A stretch of 64,000 bases of DNA from Felis catus (lineage: Eukaryota), in NCBI RefSeq assembly GCF_018350175.1, contig NC_058368.1, positions 232,688,001-232,752,000 of the forward strand. Reading direction: 5' to 3'. Shown in pieces: positions 61,865-64,000 of the stretch. A model generated the notes under the pieces. The model made no database searches. It saw only the letters and a program-made list of their open reading frames with translations, and was not told the origin of the DNA. Every line of letters begins with the position of its first letter. Within the stretch, counting starts at the first letter, position 1. Both the position numbers and the translations under genes were made by a program.

Positions 61865-62035
61865 GCTTCTCGGCCTTGAGCAGGTAGCCGCAACACCCAG
61901 GGGCTTATTAACACAGATGGCTGAGAGACTCTCCTGAGCTTCTCATTCAAATGGCCTGGGGCAGAGGCACAGAGTTTGCCTTTGGGACAAGTTCCCGCGT
62001 AGTGATGTTGATCTGGGGACTGCACACTGGAATCT
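61865..62035. mobile_element. hAT-Charlie MITE (MER5A-like)
   Basis: 'ggcttattaacacagat.gctg', 'ttct.attca..tggcctgggg..gaggc', 'acaagttccc', 'tctggggactgcacact'. Confidence 0.65.
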
Positions 62036-62722
62036 CCGTGTGTGATTCAGGGAACGAGAGGTATAAAATTATACACGATTCCCTTGAAGAGATAAGGAGA
62101 AAGAGAGCACGCTATTCATTAAATAAGGACAGGACTATGCTTCGTTCTGTAGAGTTGTTTCATCAGTTCAGAGTTCACAGAGATTACGAAAGCATCCCTA
62201 ACGATAAGGGTACCATTTGCTTGCTAATCTGGACAGCAGCTAGGAAGAATGTAGCATTTAGGGAGCCCTGTCTCACTGCTATTTTGGACTTTTTTCATCT
62301 TTATCTTTCAGTGTAACTGCTAAATCACCATTTGGAGGTCGCATTATTCTTATTCTGTTACAATTACCGAAGAGGGAGAAATCGAGTCTCATTTTTTCTT
62401 TGCTTTTTAGTTTTTTCTGCAACCATTGGTTGTGTGCTCGTCTCAACCTATCAGTAAGCAGTGTTGTGGTTGGACCAGCCCCCGTGGTTCCTGTTATGAT
62501 TGCAAGATGCCCTCGGCAACGACCAGCAGGAAACTTTGCAAAAAATAAACGTTTATCACTTACGAGACCTGGAAATTATCTGGTATACTTGGGGCCACAT
62601 AGTGAGGTCACAGGTAGAAAGGAGGGTGGGTCTGGGGTTCTGCTTAATATTGGGGTCTAGAGTTGGGGCCAAGGCTCTCATGGGCTCAATCTTTATTCGT
62701 GAATTGAGAGCATAAGAGCGGA

Positions 62723-62935
62723 GGGGAGCCTGGGGGGCTTAGTCAGTTAAGCGTCTGACTTCGGCTCGGGTCACGATCTCATGGTTGGTGAGTTGGAGCC
62801 CCGTGGGGCTCTGTGCTGACAGCTCGGAGCCTGGAGCCTGCTTCGGATTCTGTCTACATCTCTCTGCCCCTCCCCTGCTCGTCCTCTGTCTCTCTTTCTC
62901 TCAAATACAAAATAAAACATAAAATTTTTTTTTTA
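62723..62935 (+). mobile_element. Can-SINE
   Basis: Head, body and tail; flanking repeat ataag(a/g)gcgg. Confidence 0.93.
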
Positions 62936-63810
62936 AAGAAAATATAAGGGCGGGGATGTAATGTGCAGGAAGAGAAAAAAGCAAGCAGTCCAAATGGTCA
63001 GTTATTAAAATCATCTAAAATCTCTAAAACCAAGTCACCCCATGGCAGAGGCAGCCTGGCTCTCTATCTAGTGTGTGGCTGGCGGTGTGTTTATTGGGGA
63101 CAACCCTCTTTGAAATGGTTGCATTAGGCAACAAAGCTTAAGTCAGGCACTGGCATCCTAAAAAGAAAAGAAAAACCAAACCAAAAAAACCCAAAAACTG
63201 TGAGGGCTTAACCTACAGCATCTAAGTAGTGCTATTTTCTTAAGAGAATGGTTTAGTCTTCCTAAAATTCTTCCTCTATAATGCCCAGCAGGGCAGCATT
63301 CTGGGTTCCTTTTTAAGTGTTCAATTTGTTTATCTGTTCTCTCTACAGAGTAGTGCTTTTTCCCCCCAATTTTATTTGCTCTGAGCTGCTTTATCCAACT
63401 CACCAGGCCTTTTCCACAGGCAGACAGGAGTCTTTATTTAGTCCCAGAGCATAGCTTGGAACATGTTCAACTTCAGCTGTGGAAATGAATGCTTGCGGAT
63501 TTATCTAGGCGTTTGGGGGAGGCTGCTCCTGGTGCTCGAGGAGATAATAGCACCTTATAAATGTGTGTACAGTATCCACTTCTGCATAAACCGCCGACTG
63601 CCTGCAAATACACAGTCATCCCCATTTATATCAGGCCAATAGTAGTTGGATGCCAATGAAAGATCTTGGACGGTTGTGATCATTAGGGTCTGAGAAGGCT
63701 CCGTGACCAAGACAAGGATGTGGAAATGAGACCGAAGTCTGCTCCCTGCTGGGTGGCCAGAGAAGAACACCCAGTGAAGGGCAAGCCTTCTGTCCACCTT
63801 AACTAGGTTG

Positions 63811-64000
63811 CATTCCTCTATCCACTCATCTGTCAATGGGCACTTGGGCTGCTTCCAAGATTTGGCTATTGTAAATAATGCTGCTATAACATAACGATGC
63901 ATGTATCCCTTTGAATTCATGTTTTTGTATTTTGGGGGTAAGTACCCAGTAGTGCGATTACTGGATCATTTAGGTTCACAGCAAAATTGAGAGGAAGGCG
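63811..64000 (-). mobile_element. L1 ORF2 C-terminal fragment (plus start of another L1 3' end at the window edge)
   Basis: Minus-strand frame reads IAALFTIAKSWKQPKCPLTDEWI, the canonical L1 ORF2 end. Confidence 0.9.

Overview
This is mammalian, non-coding, repeat-rich DNA. About 32 tRNA-derived Can-SINEs, including six near-identical young SINEC_Fc-type copies, point to a felid genome, most likely the domestic cat. I find no credible protein-coding exon, RNA gene or CRISPR array. The listed ORFs are chance frames or read through SINEs, microsatellites or decayed transposon coding sequence. The window holds old L1 fragments (L1MC/MB/ME-like, carnivore L1 3' ends, HAL1), L2/MIR relics, several MaLR (MLT1) LTRs, one ERVL-class LTR and hAT DNA-transposon fossils. 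One of those fossils is a Zaphod/Tip100-like element with a readable hATC dimerisation-domain remnant. Unique stretches between the repeats carry candidate regulatory motif clusters: a strong CTCF site, an Sp/NRF1/NF-Y promoter-like module, and Sox/YY1 and CRE/E-box/AP-1 clusters. The least expected structure is an old ~125-bp inverted repeat with tRNA/SINE-head-like arms (4145-4270 and 4770-4890) around a 30/32-identical core. Nested and inverted SINE pairs and local CpG gain in ancient LTRs are also notable. I cannot support a novel protein-based biological system from this sequence. Repeat subfamily names come from recognition by eye and need RepeatMasker/Dfam confirmation.
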